Positions 1 to 10,299 of a DNA stretch of 64,000 bases are shown here, piece by piece (positions within the stretch are counted from its first letter, which is position 1; every line of letters begins with the position of its first letter). The stretch spans positions 113,827 through 177,826 of the forward strand of contig JAOUOD010000002.1 in NCBI GenBank assembly GCA_029880545.1. The letters run 5' to 3'. The position numbers and the translations under genes are program-made. The notes beneath the pieces were generated by a model. The model had not been told where the DNA came from. It was given only the letters and a program-made list of their open reading frames with translations, and made no database searches. Source of the stretch: Gammaproteobacteria bacterium (GTDB taxonomy: Bacteria; Pseudomonadota; Gammaproteobacteria; Acidiferrobacterales; SZUA-150).

Positions 1-490
1 CGTACTTGTAGTCCATGGTCAGGTAAGGATTGTCCCAGTCACCAAAGATGCCAAGACGAATAAAGCCCTTGCGCTGACCATCTACTTGCTTCATGGCATA
101 TTCACGGCAGGCATTGCGGAACTTGTCGGCCGGCACCTTGACCCCGGCCTTGCCGATTTTCTTTTCTACTTGCAGCTCGATGGGCAGGCCATGGCAGTCC
201 CAGCCCGGCACATAGGGCGCATCATAACCACCCATGCTCTTGGCCTTGACGATAATATCTTTCAACACCTTGTTGACCGCATGACCAAGATGGATATCGC
301 CATTCGCATACGGGGGACCATCATGCAGGATGTACTTTTCCCGACCCTGGCGAGCCTTGCGAATCTGTCCGTAAATATCTTCCTTGTTCCAACGCTCCAG
401 CGCCCTGGGTTCCCGTTGCGCCAGGCTGGCTTTCATCGGGAAATCCGTGTTTGGAAGATTCAGGCTGTCTTTGTAACTGTTTTCACTCAT
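1..490 (-). CDS. ileS: isoleucine--tRNA ligase, 5' part (gene truncated by left window edge)
   Basis: The reverse-strand ATG at 488-490 opens a frame reading [43 protein letters not shown]. It continues to the edge (...[17 protein letters not shown]). This is the conserved IleRS N-terminus, and it lies directly downstream of ribF as in most Proteobacteria. Confidence 0.85.
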   Translation of the reverse strand, partial: MSENSYKDSLNLPNTDFPMKASLAQREPRALERWNKEDIYGQIRKARQGREKYILHDGPPYANGDIHLGHAVNKVLKDIIVKAKSMGGYDAPYVPGWDCHGLPIELQVEKKIGKAGVKVPADKFRNACREYAMKQVDGQRKGFIRLGIFGDWDNPYLTMDYKY

Positions 491-518
491 GCTCTATGTC
501 GCCTTTTCGGGCCTTGTC

Positions 519-1451
519 TTATGTTCTGTTTGCGAACCAGGTACGCGCCTCGTCGATATCCTGGAATATGCGCAACTTCATCTCATCCAGTGAATCAAAT
601 TTTTCTTCATCCCGCAGCTTGTGCAGAAAATCAATATTAAGGTATTGACCGTAGATCTGCTCGTTAAAATCAAACAGGTGGATCTCCAGCAAAGCCCGGG
701 TACCACCAACTGTTGGCCGGGTACCGACACTGGCCACTCCCTGGACCGGTTCGCCCCGAACTCCGAAAACTTCGACAACGTATATGCCCTGGACCGGTGA
801 CATGTTTCGATGCAGGTGGATATTGGCTGTCGGAATACCCAGGGTTCGGCCTATCTTGTCGCCATGCGCCACCCGACCACACATGCGATAGGGGCGACCC
901 AGTAATTTTTCGGCAGTCTGCAGGTCACCAATTGCCAGCGCTGTGCGAATCCTGGTACTGCTGACACGCTCGCCATCTATATTAAACGTGTGCATGTGTA
1001 CTACATCAAAACCGAATCGCCGGCCGGCCTGCTGCAACATGGCAAAGTCTCCACGGCGCGCCTTGCCAAACTGAAAATCGTCACCCACCACCAGGTGCCT
1101 GACGCCCAGACCCTCTACCAGGATGCGCTCGACAAAATCCTCGGCGTCCAGTGACGCAAATTTTTCGTCAAACTCGCACACCAGCACCCGGTCTACAGCG
1201 AATCGGCCCAGTTGGCGCAATTTCTCGCGCAGGCGAGTCAATCTTGCCGGCGCCTTGTTCGGCTGGAAATACTCAAGCGGCTGCGGCTCAAAAGTCATGA
1301 CCAGCGACGGCACCCCGTAATCGCGCCCCTCATCGGCCAGCTGGCCAATAACCGCCTGGTGGCCCAGGTGAACACCGTCGAAATTACCGATGGTGGCCAC
1401 GCAGCCCCGATGCTCCGGCCGAAGATTGTGAAGACCGCGAATCAGCTCCAT
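519..1451 (-). CDS. ribF: bifunctional riboflavin kinase / FAD synthetase
   Basis: 310-aa ORF. The N-terminal nucleotidyltransferase motif is GNFDGVHLGHQAV. The C-terminal riboflavin kinase region reads GIPTANI...VGTRPT...LEIHLFDF. Position is ribF-ileS synteny. Confidence 0.95.
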   Translation of the reverse strand: MELIRGLHNLRPEHRGCVATIGNFDGVHLGHQAVIGQLADEGRDYGVPSLVMTFEPQPLEYFQPNKAPARLTRLREKLRQLGRFAVDRVLVCEFDEKFASLDAEDFVERILVEGLGVRHLVVGDDFQFGKARRGDFAMLQQAGRRFGFDVVHMHTFNIDGERVSSTRIRTALAIGDLQTAEKLLGRPYRMCGRVAHGDKIGRTLGIPTANIHLHRNMSPVQGIYVVEVFGVRGEPVQGVASVGTRPTVGGTRALLEIHLFDFNEQIYGQYLNIDFLHKLRDEEKFDSLDEMKLRIFQDIDEARTWFANRT

Positions 1452-1560
1452 GGTTGCCTGTTTTTACCGCCTGTTGCGCTCTGAAGTAAAGCGCGCAAGA
1501 TTACTGATTTCAAAAGGAAAGGTCCAGACAACCGGGTAAATCCAGGTATGCGCCTCGATC

Positions 1561-1971
1561 TCAATGATGGGCCCAGTCAGGATCCAGTTCGTCAATAACC
1601 TCGCCAACAGGACGCCGGCCATCAAAACCATCATCGTAACCATGATAATGCCCCAGGCGCAGCTCGGGAAACTTCCAGCACAGGTAACCGTCGCCGGTAT
1701 CAAAATCCACTAACCACAGGCCCTTGACCACCAACCCCAGTCGCTCCATCTTGCCGACCCAGCGCTTGACGATGGTTTCGTATTCGGCCTCCACGCGCGG
1801 CAAGGCCGGGTTGGTGGGCAGCATGGACTCCAGTTTGAGCCGCAGGGGTTCCAGCTCCGCATGGGCAGACTCGGTCAATTTTCTCACCATGGGAAATAGC
1901 GATTGCGCCTCGGACAGACTGAATACCCGCGGGCTGTTGCAACTTCCGATCTGGGTGTGGCTATCACTCAT
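1561..1971 (-). CDS. DUF2203-family protein (function unknown)
   Basis: 136-aa ORF. The pattern FSLSEAQSLFPMV...LWLVDFDTGDGYLCWKFPELRLGHYHGYDDGFDGRRPV matches my recollection of the DUF2203 signature (LCW..GE....WH...GF.GR.P). Confidence 0.65.
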   Translation of the reverse strand: MSDSHTQIGSCNSPRVFSLSEAQSLFPMVRKLTESAHAELEPLRLKLESMLPTNPALPRVEAEYETIVKRWVGKMERLGLVVKGLWLVDFDTGDGYLCWKFPELRLGHYHGYDDGFDGRRPVGEVIDELDPDWAHH

Positions 1972-1982
1972 GACTGGAACGA

Positions 1983-3527
1983 TCAGTGCGGTTTATGGAT
2001 GAGCTTGCCCGGCTTCAGGCCAGACAATACCAAGGCGACTCCGTAGACCAGTATACCCAAACCAATCCATTGCGCGAGCCTGACAACACGCACCCAGAAC
2101 CCGGCGTCCAGCCACGACTGAATATCCGCAGCGCCAAAATACAACAGCGTGCCCATGGCGGTGCTGGCCAGGACAATCCGGATCAGAAACAAGGACCAGC
2201 CTGAATCCGGTTGATAAATCTGCTCTTTGCGCAAACGGACAAACAACAGGCCGCAATTAATAAATGTTGAAAGTGAGATTGCCAGCGCCAGGCCGACATG
2301 TTTCAACGGCCACACCAGCGCCAGGCTCAGGACAATATTGGCGGCAAAGGCAATCATGGCGATTTTCGCCGGGGTGCGCGTATCCTGGCGGGCATAAAAC
2401 CCGGGAGCCAGCACCTTGACCAGGATAAATCCGGGCAGACCGATCGCAAACGCAACCAGCGCCCGTGATGTCATTTCCACATCCGTGGCATTAAATGCGC
2501 CGTACTGGAACAAGGTGACAATCATGGGTCCTGCCAATACAGCGAGTCCAACGGCAGCCGGAACCGCGATCAGGAATACCAGTCGTAACGACCAATCAAG
2601 CAAATGCGAAAACTCGCCAGCGGCACCGTCGGCATAACGACGCGACAGGCTGGGCAAGATCACTGTTGCCAAGGCAATACCAAAAACGCCGAGTGGAAAT
2701 TCCATCAGGCGATCCGAGTAGTACAGCCACGAGACGCTACCGGTTACCAGGAATGAAGCCAGAATACGGTTCACCAGCAGGTTCACCTGCGCCACCGAGC
2801 TGCCAAATATCGCGGGCACCATCAACTTGAACACTTTGCTGACTTCGTTGTGCCGCGCCAGTTTCGGCCAGCCAAGCATGCCGGCGCGCTTTAAAAACGG
2901 TACCTGGAACCCGAGCTGGACGACGCCCGCTATAAATACGCCCCAGGCCAGTCCGACCACCGGCTGGTCCATTAACGGTGTTAACCAAATGACCGCCGCG
3001 ATCAGGCACAGGTTCAGAAATACCGGCGTGAACGCGGCAGCGGCAAACTTGCCACGCGTATTCAGAATTCCCGCGGCCATGGCCACCAACGAGATGAACA
3101 TCAGGTACGGAAAAGTAATTCGCAGCATGGCCACGGTCAGGTCAAACTTGGTGGGCTCATCCATAAAACCGGGCGCCAGGCCCATGATAATAAGCGGCGA
3201 GGCAATAATCCCGATGAGCGTTACTAGGAACAGGATCAGGCCAAAAGCACCAAACATGTGGTTTACAAATTTACGTGCCGCTTCGTCACCCTGTTTTTTC
3301 TGGGTTTCGGCAAGGACCGGGACAAATGCCTGTGAAAATGCACCCTCACCGAATATGCGACGGAAAAAATTGGGAATGGCGAAGGCAACATAAAAGGCAT
3401 CGGCGGCAACCCCGGCGCTAGCCCCGAGAAACCTCGCAAACAACACATCGCGCACCAAGCCCGTAATACGCGAAACCAGGGTCATGGCGCCGGTCACCGC
3501 AGTGGATTTCAGCAATTTGCCTGACAT
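1983..3527 (-). CDS. murJ: lipid II flippase MurJ (MviN)
   Basis: Polytopic ORF. The likely start is M22 of the track ORF (MSGKLLKSTAVTGAMTLVSRITGLVRDVLFARFLGAS), the canonical MurJ N-terminus. It is divergent from rpsT as in E. coli and Pseudomonas. Confidence 0.9.
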   Translation of the reverse strand: MSGKLLKSTAVTGAMTLVSRITGLVRDVLFARFLGASAGVAADAFYVAFAIPNFFRRIFGEGAFSQAFVPVLAETQKKQGDEAARKFVNHMFGAFGLILFLVTLIGIIASPLIIMGLAPGFMDEPTKFDLTVAMLRITFPYLMFISLVAMAAGILNTRGKFAAAAFTPVFLNLCLIAAVIWLTPLMDQPVVGLAWGVFIAGVVQLGFQVPFLKRAGMLGWPKLARHNEVSKVFKLMVPAIFGSSVAQVNLLVNRILASFLVTGSVSWLYYSDRLMEFPLGVFGIALATVILPSLSRRYADGAAGEFSHLLDWSLRLVFLIAVPAAVGLAVLAGPMIVTLFQYGAFNATDVEMTSRALVAFAIGLPGFILVKVLAPGFYARQDTRTPAKIAMIAFAANIVLSLALVWPLKHVGLALAISLSTFINCGLLFVRLRKEQIYQPDSGWSLFLIRIVLASTAMGTLLYFGAADIQSWLDAGFWVRVVRLAQWIGLGILVYGVALVLSGLKPGKLIHKPH

Positions 3528-3654
3528 GAATATCCTTATTGTTGATTTTCCTGCCTCAAAATGGTTCAGGGCAGGCCGATTCAGGGGCAATCATAGGGCA
3601 ATTCGTCGCGCGCGCCCACCAGGCCGATTTTTCATCACCCCAAAGCTCAAGGTA

Positions 3655-3683
3655 TTGACAAATAGACAGAAAATCAGGATAGT
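3655..3683 (+). promoter_or_regulatory. candidate sigma-70 promoter for rpsT
   Basis: TTGACA (3655-3660), a 17-nt spacer, then GATAGT (3678-3683), about 100 nt upstream of the rpsT ATG. Sequence pattern only. Confidence 0.3.
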
Positions 3684-3783
3684 TCGGCGCTTTCCGGCGA
3701 CCGGCCAGATACTTCCATCAACCGGGCCGGCCAAAACCCGACTTTACCAAGAAAAGTCGATCTCAAAGGATTCAGGAGCAAAA

Positions 3784-4044
3784 ATGGCTAACTCAGCACA
3801 AGCCCGCAAACGCGCCCGTCAGGCCGATGTCCATCGTGAACGCAATACAGCCCAGCGTTCCAACATGCGCACACAGGTCAAAAAGCTGCTCAAGCTGATC
3901 AAGGATGGCGAAAAAGACGCGGCTGCAGAACAGCTCAAGGCCGCATCATCGTTTCTGGACCGCGCCGCCAAGCGTGGCTTGATTCACGCCAACAAGGCAG
4001 CCCGCACCAAGAGTCGCCTGAGCGCACGCCTGAAATCAGCCTGA
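3784..4044 (+). CDS. rpsT: 30S ribosomal protein S20
   Basis: MANSAQARKRARQADVHRERNTAQRSNMRTQVKK... is typical S20. The ATG at 3784 is preceded by AGGAGCAAAA. The track ORF 3484-4044 is an upstream extension. Confidence 0.95.
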   Translation: MANSAQARKRARQADVHRERNTAQRSNMRTQVKKLLKLIKDGEKDAAAEQLKAASSFLDRAAKRGLIHANKAARTKSRLSARLKSA

Positions 4045-4062
4045 CCTGCTGCTACAGATAAT

Positions 4063-4099
4063 AAAACCCGCTATCGGCATGTTCGATAGCGGGTTTTTT
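4063..4099. terminator. bidirectional rho-independent terminator (rpsT / proB)
   Basis: AAAA-CCCGCTATCG (4067-4076) / CGATAGCGGG (4084-4093)-TTTTTT. A 10-bp stem is flanked by an A-run and a T-run, between the convergent rpsT and proB. Confidence 0.75.
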
Positions 4100-4138
4100 C
4101 ATGCCTTCAGGAATCGATCAGGCGGTCGGAACCGGGTC

Positions 4139-5269
4139 TTACACGAGCACCATATTGTCGCGGTGGATCAGTTCTGGATCATCCACATACCCGAGCAGCG
4201 ATTCAATACGTTCACTGGGTTTTCCCAGAATCTTCCGAGTATCATCAATACCGTAGTTAACCAGTCCACGCGCCACCTCGTTGCCATCGGCATCAACACA
4301 GGCTACCACCTCGCCACGGGAAAACTTGCCCTCTGCGGCAATCACGCCCACCGCCAACAAGCTGCCGCCATTTTCCCGCACAACACGTACCGCACCAGCA
4401 TCCAGCACCAGTCGACCAGCCGTTTTCGCCTGTGACGCCAACCACTGTTTGCGCGCGGCCACACGACCCTGGGCAGCTTCCAGGTAGGTACCAACAGATT
4501 CACCGGCCCAGACCTGGCTTAATACGTCCTGTTTGCGACCGTTAGCAATAACTGTGCAGGTGCCAGAACGTGCAGCCTTGCCTGCAGCCAATACCTTTGT
4601 GCGCATGCCGCCACGACCCAGGCTTCCCGAACCTCCCGCCATGGCTACCAGTGACGGATCGCCGGCCTGGCCGTGGCTAACCAGCCTGGCATCGGGACAC
4701 TCCCGGGGATCCTGCTCAAACAAACCTTCCTGATCGGTAAGAATGACCAGCAGATCGGCTTCGACAAGATTACACACCTGCGCTGCCAGGGTGTCATTGT
4801 CGGAAAACCGGATTTCTTCGGTAGCAACGGTGTCATTTTCATTAATGACCGGCACCACGCCCATCTTCAACAGGGTTTTCAACGTGCTCCTGGCATTCAA
4901 ATAGCGCTCACGATTGGCAAGGTCAGCATGAGTCAACAGAATCTGGGCGGAATGGATGCCAAAACGATGAAATGCGGTTTCATAGGTTTGTACCAGTCCC
5001 ATTTGGCCGATGGCGGCCAACGCCTGCAGATCATGCAGTGCATGCGGGCGCGTGGTGCCACCCATGCGATGCAGACCGGCTGCTACGGAGCCAGATGTAA
5101 CCAGCAATAATTCACGTCCTGGCGACATCCATTTTGCCGCCTGCTCCACCCAGCGGCCGATGGCGGCGACGTCGATTCCCTGCTTCGCGTCCGTCAACAA
5201 GGCACTGCCGATCTTGACGACGCAACGCCTGGACTGACTGATTTTTGCTCTGGACTGATTATGCGTCAT
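4139..5269 (-). CDS. proB: glutamate 5-kinase
   Basis: 376 aa. The N-terminus [11 protein letters not shown] and ...[11 protein letters not shown]... form the amino-acid kinase domain. The C-terminal region is PUA-like ([13 protein letters not shown]...[21 protein letters not shown]). Position is obg-proB synteny. Confidence 0.95.
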   Translation of the reverse strand: MTHNQSRAKISQSRRCVVKIGSALLTDAKQGIDVAAIGRWVEQAAKWMSPGRELLLVTSGSVAAGLHRMGGTTRPHALHDLQALAAIGQMGLVQTYETAFHRFGIHSAQILLTHADLANRERYLNARSTLKTLLKMGVVPVINENDTVATEEIRFSDNDTLAAQVCNLVEADLLVILTDQEGLFEQDPRECPDARLVSHGQAGDPSLVAMAGGSGSLGRGGMRTKVLAAGKAARSGTCTVIANGRKQDVLSQVWAGESVGTYLEAAQGRVAARKQWLASQAKTAGRLVLDAGAVRVVRENGGSLLAVGVIAAEGKFSRGEVVACVDADGNEVARGLVNYGIDDTRKILGKPSERIESLLGYVDDPELIHRDNMVLV

Positions 5270-6296
5270 GCAGCGTTCCCGCCTCGTCTCCCAGCTCTTC
5301 CAGGTGTCCCATGAGGGCCCCGGTTAATTTATTGCAACCTTCGCCATTAATGGCACTGACCCGGTAAACCGGGCCATCAAAATCCAATCCATCTACGATA
5401 TCCTGACACCGTGCTTCGCGTTCGTCGTCCGGCACCAGGTCGAGCTTGTTCAATACCAGCCAACGCTCTTTGTCGGCCAGTTCATCGCTGTATTTCGACA
5501 GCTCGTTGAGCAAGGCGCTCGCTTCCTTGACCGGATCACTGCCATCAAATGGTGCCACATCGACAAGATGCAACAGAATGCGGGTTCGGGAAAGATGTTT
5601 CAGGAACTGCACGCCCAGGCCCACGCCTTCCGCAGCACCTTCGATCAAGCCCGGAATATCGGCAATAACAAAACTGCGGTACTCGCCCACACGAACCACG
5701 CCTAAATTCGGGTACAAGGTAGTAAACGGGTAGTCCGCCACTTTCGGTCGGGCCGCGGACACTGCCCTGAGGAATGTGGATTTCCCGGCATTAGGCAACC
5801 CTAAAAGACCGACATCAGCCAGTACCTGCAGCTCCATGCGCAGGTAACGCTGATCACCGGCGGTGCCCGGCGTGGTCTTGCGTGGCGCGCGGTTGGTACT
5901 GGATTTGAACCGGGCGTTACCCAGCCCGCCTTCACCGCCCTTGGCCACCAACAGGCGCTCGCCTTCGCGAGTCAGCTCTCCAATCAGTTCTTCAGTGTCT
6001 TCATCCCAAACACGTGTTCCCAGGGGTACACGCACAACCAGGTCATCTGCCGATGCCCCGGTGCAATTTCGTCCGCGTCCCGGCTCGCCATTACGCGCTC
6101 GATGCTGACGACTGTGGCGAAAATCCGCGAGGGTATTGAGCCCGGAATCGCCTTGCAGATAGACACTGCCGCCATTGCCGCCGTCACCGCCATCCGGACC
6201 ACCCTTGGGCATGAATTTCAGGCGCAGGAAACTCAGGCAACCTCGGCCGCCGTTACCCGCTTCTACGCGAATGGATGCTTCATCGACGAATTTCAT
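5259..6296 (-). CDS. obg: GTPase Obg/CgtA
   Basis: [25 protein letters not shown]... is the Obg fold. G motifs are GLPNAGKST and DIPGLIEGA. The start is taken at M17 of the track ORF, because the extension runs through the rpmA terminator hairpin. Confidence 0.95.
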   Translation of the reverse strand: MKFVDEASIRVEAGNGGRGCLSFLRLKFMPKGGPDGGDGGNGGSVYLQGDSGLNTLADFRHSRQHRARNGEPGRGRNCTGASADDLVVRVPLGTRVWDEDTEELIGELTREGERLLVAKGGEGGLGNARFKSSTNRAPRKTTPGTAGDQRYLRMELQVLADVGLLGLPNAGKSTFLRAVSAARPKVADYPFTTLYPNLGVVRVGEYRSFVIADIPGLIEGAAEGVGLGVQFLKHLSRTRILLHLVDVAPFDGSDPVKEASALLNELSKYSDELADKERWLVLNKLDLVPDDEREARCQDIVDGLDFDGPVYRVSAINGEGCNKLTGALMGHLEELGDEAGTLHDA

Positions 6297-6323
6297 GCTT
6301 GCTACTCTGGTTCCCGCACAAAG

Positions 6324-6358
6324 AAAAAACCCCGCCCGGTTCACCCGGGCGGGGTTTT
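6324..6358 (-). terminator. rho-independent terminator after rpmA
   Basis: On the plus strand: AAAAAA-CCCCGCCCGG-TTCA-CCCGGGCGGGG-TTTT. The GC-rich 10-bp stem has a T-run on the minus-strand transcript and lies between rpmA and obg. Confidence 0.65.
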
Positions 6359-6388
6359 CAGATCACTTCCCCATTCCAGGGTCGAGTC

Positions 6389-6646
6389 TTAAGCCGGGTA
6401 AACGCTAACCGTCTTGCGCTTGCTTGGGCCCTTGATCTCGAATCGGACAACGCCGTGACTGGTGGCAAACAGCGTATCATCTTTGCCACGGCTCACATTG
6501 GTGCCCGGGTGGAACTTGGTGCCGCGCTGGCGAACCAGGATATTTCCTGCCAACACTTCCTGACCGGCAAATCGCTTGACGCCAAGGCGTTTCGATTCCG
6601 AATCGCGACCGTTACGTGAACTACCGCCTGCTTTTTTATGTGCCAT
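6389..6646 (-). CDS. rpmA: 50S ribosomal protein L27
   Basis: [29 protein letters not shown]... is the canonical L27 sequence. Confidence 0.97.
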   Translation of the reverse strand: MAHKKAGGSSRNGRDSESKRLGVKRFAGQEVLAGNILVRQRGTKFHPGTNVSRGKDDTLFATSHGVVRFEIKGPSKRKTVSVYPA

Positions 6647-6683
6647 TTTGTCTAACCTCTACGCAATCGTACGGAACCAGCAA

Positions 6684-6989
6684 TTAGCCGATACCGGTAA
6701 TTTCCAGTTCAGTGTAGTCCTGGCGATGACCCGCCTGCTTGCGGTAATGCTTGCGACGGCGCATCTTGAAAATGCGGACTTTTTCGCCACGACCGTGCGA
6801 TACCACCTTGGCGCTGACCTTGCTGTCCAGGGTCGGCTTGCCTACCTGAACATTGCCGCCATCCTGAATCATGAGTACACGATCCAGATTCACGGACTCG
6901 CCTTCGGCTGCGGTCAGCTTTTCCACCTTGAGCTTGTCGCCTACAGCGACTCGGTACTGTTTGCCGCCAGTTTCAATCACCGCGTACAT
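6684..6989 (-). CDS. rplU: 50S ribosomal protein L21
   Basis: [25 protein letters not shown]... is the canonical L21 sequence. The start is taken at M10 of the track ORF. Confidence 0.95.
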   Translation of the reverse strand: MYAVIETGGKQYRVAVGDKLKVEKLTAAEGESVNLDRVLMIQDGGNVQVGKPTLDSKVSAKVVSHGRGEKVRIFKMRRRKHYRKQAGHRQDYTELEITGIG

Positions 6990-7059
6990 GCTTGATTCTC
7001 CTGATAAATCTGTCATTGTGCACCCGCTACCATGTGAGCGGGGGCGCTAAAGGGCGGCA

Positions 7060-7088
7060 ATTCTAGCCGCAGCCACGCTCAAGGTCAA
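7060..7088 (-). promoter_or_regulatory. candidate sigma-70 promoter for rplU-rpmA
   Basis: The minus strand reads TTGACC (7083-7088), a 17-nt spacer, then TAGAAT (7060-7065), about 70 nt upstream of rplU. Confidence 0.4.
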
Positions 7089-7093
7089 ACATC

Positions 7094-7122
7094 TTGACAC
7101 CCCCGGGCTGGCTCCCTAGGAT
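7094..7122 (+). promoter_or_regulatory. candidate sigma-70 promoter for ispB
   Basis: TTGACA (7094-7099), a 17-nt spacer, then TAGGAT (7117-7122), 72 nt upstream of the ispB ATG. It sits back-to-back with the rplU -35 element. Confidence 0.35.
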
Positions 7123-7194
7123 TGCGCGGCGCCTTCCCCGGACGTTGGCGGATACCTTTTATATAGGACAGAGCAAAAAGCCCGAACCGAGACC

Positions 7195-8163
7195 ATGAAT
7201 TCCGCCGAAATACAGGCCCTGGCTGCCGATGACATGGCAGCCGTAGACGAACTGATCCATACCCGCCTCAGCTCCGATGTCGTCCTGATCAACCAACTGG
7301 GCCACTACATTATCGGTAACGGTGGCAAGCGTATTCGGCCATTGATTACCCTGCTCGCCGCCAGGGCGCTGAGCTACCAGGGGGTCCATCACGTGACCCT
7401 GGCAGCGATTATCGAATTCATTCATACCGCCACCTTGCTGCACGACGACGTCGTCGACAGCTCCAACATGCGACGGGGACAGGCCAGCGCCAATGCCGTA
7501 TTCGGCAACGAAGCCAGCGTACTGGTTGGCGACTTCCTGTATTCCCGCGCTTTCGAAATGATGATCGAGGTGGACAACATGCGCGTCATGGAAATCCTGG
7601 CTTCCACCACCAACACCATCGCCGAAGGCGAAGTCATGCAGCTGATGAATGTCCACGACCCGGACACCTCGGAAGCGCGCTATATCGAAGTCATTCAGAG
7701 CAAGACTGCCAAGTTATTTGAGGCCGCCACGCGATTGGGTGCTGTAATCACCGGCCAACCGGAACACGTTGAAACTGCCATGGCTGCCTACGGCATGCAT
7801 CTTGGCACCGCGTTCCAGCTGATTGACGATGCGCTCGACTATCGTCGCAACAACAACAGTCTGGACAAGAACCTGGGTGACGACCTGGCGGAAGGCAAGC
7901 CAACACTGCCACTGATTCATGCCATGAGCCGAGGTACCGAGGCACAGCGCTCACTGATTCGCAAAGCCATTGAAGACGGCGGGCTTGACCAGATTGAGGC
8001 CGTTATCGATGCCATTGAATCCACCGATTCCATCACGTACACTGCGCGCCAGGCTGAAGGCGAGGCCGAAAACGCGATCAACGCGATTTCTGTTATTCCC
8101 GACTCGTCATTCAAACGCGCGCTTGAGGCCTTGGCGCGACTTTCCGTTCACCGGGATTTTTGA
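7195..8163 (+). CDS. ispB: octaprenyl-diphosphate synthase (trans-polyprenyl diphosphate synthase)
   Basis: 322 aa. The two Asp-rich motifs LLHDDVVD and QLIDDALDY are present. It is divergent from rplU-rpmA as in E. coli. Confidence 0.93.
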   Translation: MNSAEIQALAADDMAAVDELIHTRLSSDVVLINQLGHYIIGNGGKRIRPLITLLAARALSYQGVHHVTLAAIIEFIHTATLLHDDVVDSSNMRRGQASANAVFGNEASVLVGDFLYSRAFEMMIEVDNMRVMEILASTTNTIAEGEVMQLMNVHDPDTSEARYIEVIQSKTAKLFEAATRLGAVITGQPEHVETAMAAYGMHLGTAFQLIDDALDYRRNNNSLDKNLGDDLAEGKPTLPLIHAMSRGTEAQRSLIRKAIEDGGLDQIEAVIDAIESTDSITYTARQAEGEAENAINAISVIPDSSFKRALEALARLSVHRDF

Positions 8164-8195
8164 TCAGCCTTGCAATCGCTGCAAAACAATCGACA

Positions 8196-8272
8196 CGGGG
8201 TGTAGCTCAGCCTGGTAGAGCACTGTCTTCGGGAGGCAGGGGCCGGAGGTTCGAATCCTCTCACCCCGACCA
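8196..8272 (+). tRNA. tRNA-Pro (anticodon CGG)
   Basis: Folds as a cloverleaf: acceptor CGGGGTG/CACCCCG, D-arm GCTC..GAGC, anticodon stem CTGTC/GGCAG with loop TTCGGGA, T-arm GGAGG-TTCGAAT-CCTCT, and an encoded CCA. Confidence 0.95.
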
Positions 8273-8310
8273 GGTTTTCATTCTTTGATCCGGCACTGGT
8301 GAGCGCAAAC

Positions 8311-8553
8311 ATGGGCCAGGTTATTAAAATCCTGCTGTTTATTGGTATTGCGATTTGGCTTTTGTTCCGGATTCGTCGGGCGCTCACTCGATCCGATCAG
8401 TCTGACACCGAATCCGGCTCCCCGCCCCCGCCTGAAAAGCTCATGAGCGCTTGCGCCACTTGCGGAATATTCGTGCCCGACAACGAAATCATTCGAGCCC
8501 ATGGCAAATTCTATTGCTGTGCTGAACACAGGGATCAGGATAAACCGGCCTGA
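8311..8553 (+). CDS. small membrane-anchored Cys-rich protein (PP0621-like) upstream of pilS
   Basis: It has an N-terminal TM helix (VIKILLFIGIAIWLLF) and a C-terminal motif CATCGIFVPDNEIIRAHGKFYCCAEH. I recall this small-protein type preceding pilS-pilR in pseudomonads. Confidence 0.55.
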   Translation: MGQVIKILLFIGIAIWLLFRIRRALTRSDQSDTESGSPPPPEKLMSACATCGIFVPDNEIIRAHGKFYCCAEHRDQDKPA

Positions 8554-8616
8554 TGACGAAAATCAGGTACCGCCTGGCTTTTGCGCAACCAGGCTTTCTA
8601 TGCTAGTTGTTTCCGC

Positions 8617-10281
8617 ATGACCGAAACTCACATTGATCCGGAAATTGAGGTAATGGCCTCTGCTGTCGCTGCAGATCAGCCGCTAGGCCACACCAACTGG
8701 CGCCTGTTGCAGTACTTCAATCTCTACCGGGTCGGGATCGCAGGGCTCGCAAGCCTTGGGTCACTGTTTATTGATCTGATCACGCCTTTTGGAAAAACCG
8801 ACCCGGTATTGTTCCAGATTGTCGCCGTCACCTATTTTATTGTCAGCCTGTTCGGATTACGCATCACTTATATTCGCCAACCGGACTTCGAGACCCAGGC
8901 CAGCGTATTTGCCTTTTCAGACGTGGCTTTCGTCACCCTGCTTACTCACGCGAGCGGTGGACTCGCCAGCAGCCTTGGCCTGTTCCTGGTAGTGGCGGTA
9001 ACCGGTGCCAGCCTGCTGCTCAACAAGCGCATGACTATTTTTGTAGCGTCACTGGCTTCCGTAGCGGCGTTGATCCAGCATTCCTGGGGATTGCTTACCG
9101 GTACTGACACCTATTACGGCACCATCTCACAAGGCTATCCACAGGTGGGCGCGCTGGGCCTGGGCCTGTTTACGGCGTCGGTATTGGGCTACACGCTAGC
9201 GCAACGACTCAGGCTGAGTGAAGCCATTGCCGATCAGCGTGGCGCCGATATTTCAAACCTCTCCAGGATTAATGCCCTGATTATCGAGCGTATGCAGGCC
9301 GGTGTACTGGTCTGCGACAATCACCTTATGATTAAACAGTACAACACCCGTGCCGGGCATTTTTTCGACCTCCCCGAACAGGAGCCGGGCAAACCGGAAT
9401 GGCGCCTCGCCGACTTGTCGCCAGACCTTGAGGCCGGGCTGCTGGACTGGCTGGCGTATCCGAGCCGCAAGCAATTAAGGCCGGTTGTGGCACGCAACGG
9501 CCAGGCTGTAGTTCCTCGATTTGAACCCATTTCCGAGAATCTGAATGATGGCGTACTCATCTTTCTCAGCGATGTCGCCGCACTGAAACAGCAAGCGCAG
9601 CAGCTCAAAATGGCGGCACTGGCACGACTGACCGCAAGTATCGCCCATGAAATCCGCAACCCGCTGGGGGCCATATCCAACGCGGCCCAGCTTCTTGGTG
9701 AAACGGTCTCGGCAAACAGCGATGAAACCCGCCTGTCACAAATCATTCTCGATCACTGCAAGCGCATGAACCGTATTATCGAAAACATCACCCAGCTGGC
9801 GCGCCGCGATCGACTAAATCAGGAGCGCATTCAGCTGCATGACTGGCTTGGTCATTTTATCGGTCAGTTTGTTGATGAGCACTCGCTGCCAAAGGACACG
9901 CTAATACTGAACGGCGGCACCGACGTGCGAGCCTGCATGGATCCCAACCAACTCACCCAGGTGGTCACCAACCTGGTGCAGAATGGTCTGCGTCACTCTC
10001 GAAAGGGCTCAAAAGCGGTAATTGAGCTGGAGCTCGGTGTCGACAGCAAATCAGGGCTGCCATACCTGGATATCACGGATTCGGGTGAAGGCGTGCCAAG
10101 AGAAATTGCGGAAAATATCTTTGATCCCTTTTTTACAACTGCATCGACAGGCACAGGATTGGGTTTATACATCTCCCGGGAGCTGTGCGAAAGCAACGGG
10201 GGTGGCCTGCATCTTGTCTCGAGCTATACTGAAGGCGCCCGATTTCGCATAATCTTCTCTCCGGCTGATGAATGCGCATAA
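8617..10281 (+). CDS. pilS: PilS-type sensor histidine kinase
   Basis: The N-terminus is multi-TM. The H-box is SIAHEIRNPLGAI, followed by N/G boxes (LVQNGLRHS, DSGEGVP, GTGLGLYISRELCE). It lies immediately upstream of pilR. The start is ambiguous (TTG 8581, ATG 8617, ATG 8653). Confidence 0.85.
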   Translation: MTETHIDPEIEVMASAVAADQPLGHTNWRLLQYFNLYRVGIAGLASLGSLFIDLITPFGKTDPVLFQIVAVTYFIVSLFGLRITYIRQPDFETQASVFAFSDVAFVTLLTHASGGLASSLGLFLVVAVTGASLLLNKRMTIFVASLASVAALIQHSWGLLTGTDTYYGTISQGYPQVGALGLGLFTASVLGYTLAQRLRLSEAIADQRGADISNLSRINALIIERMQAGVLVCDNHLMIKQYNTRAGHFFDLPEQEPGKPEWRLADLSPDLEAGLLDWLAYPSRKQLRPVVARNGQAVVPRFEPISENLNDGVLIFLSDVAALKQQAQQLKMAALARLTASIAHEIRNPLGAISNAAQLLGETVSANSDETRLSQIILDHCKRMNRIIENITQLARRDRLNQERIQLHDWLGHFIGQFVDEHSLPKDTLILNGGTDVRACMDPNQLTQVVTNLVQNGLRHSRKGSKAVIELELGVDSKSGLPYLDITDSGEGVPREIAENIFDPFFTTASTGTGLGLYISRELCESNGGGLHLVSSYTEGARFRIIFSPADECA

Positions 10282-10299
10282 CACTGGTCTGTGACACAC

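Noticed and set aside
3484-3783. Upstream extensions of track ORFs, e.g. 3484-4044 for rpsT, 12048-12641 for pilA, 5259-6344 for obg, 6684-7016 for rplU and 60107-62974 for valS.
   Set aside because: Conserved protein N-termini and RBS placement indicate internal start codons. The extensions run through promoters or terminator hairpins.
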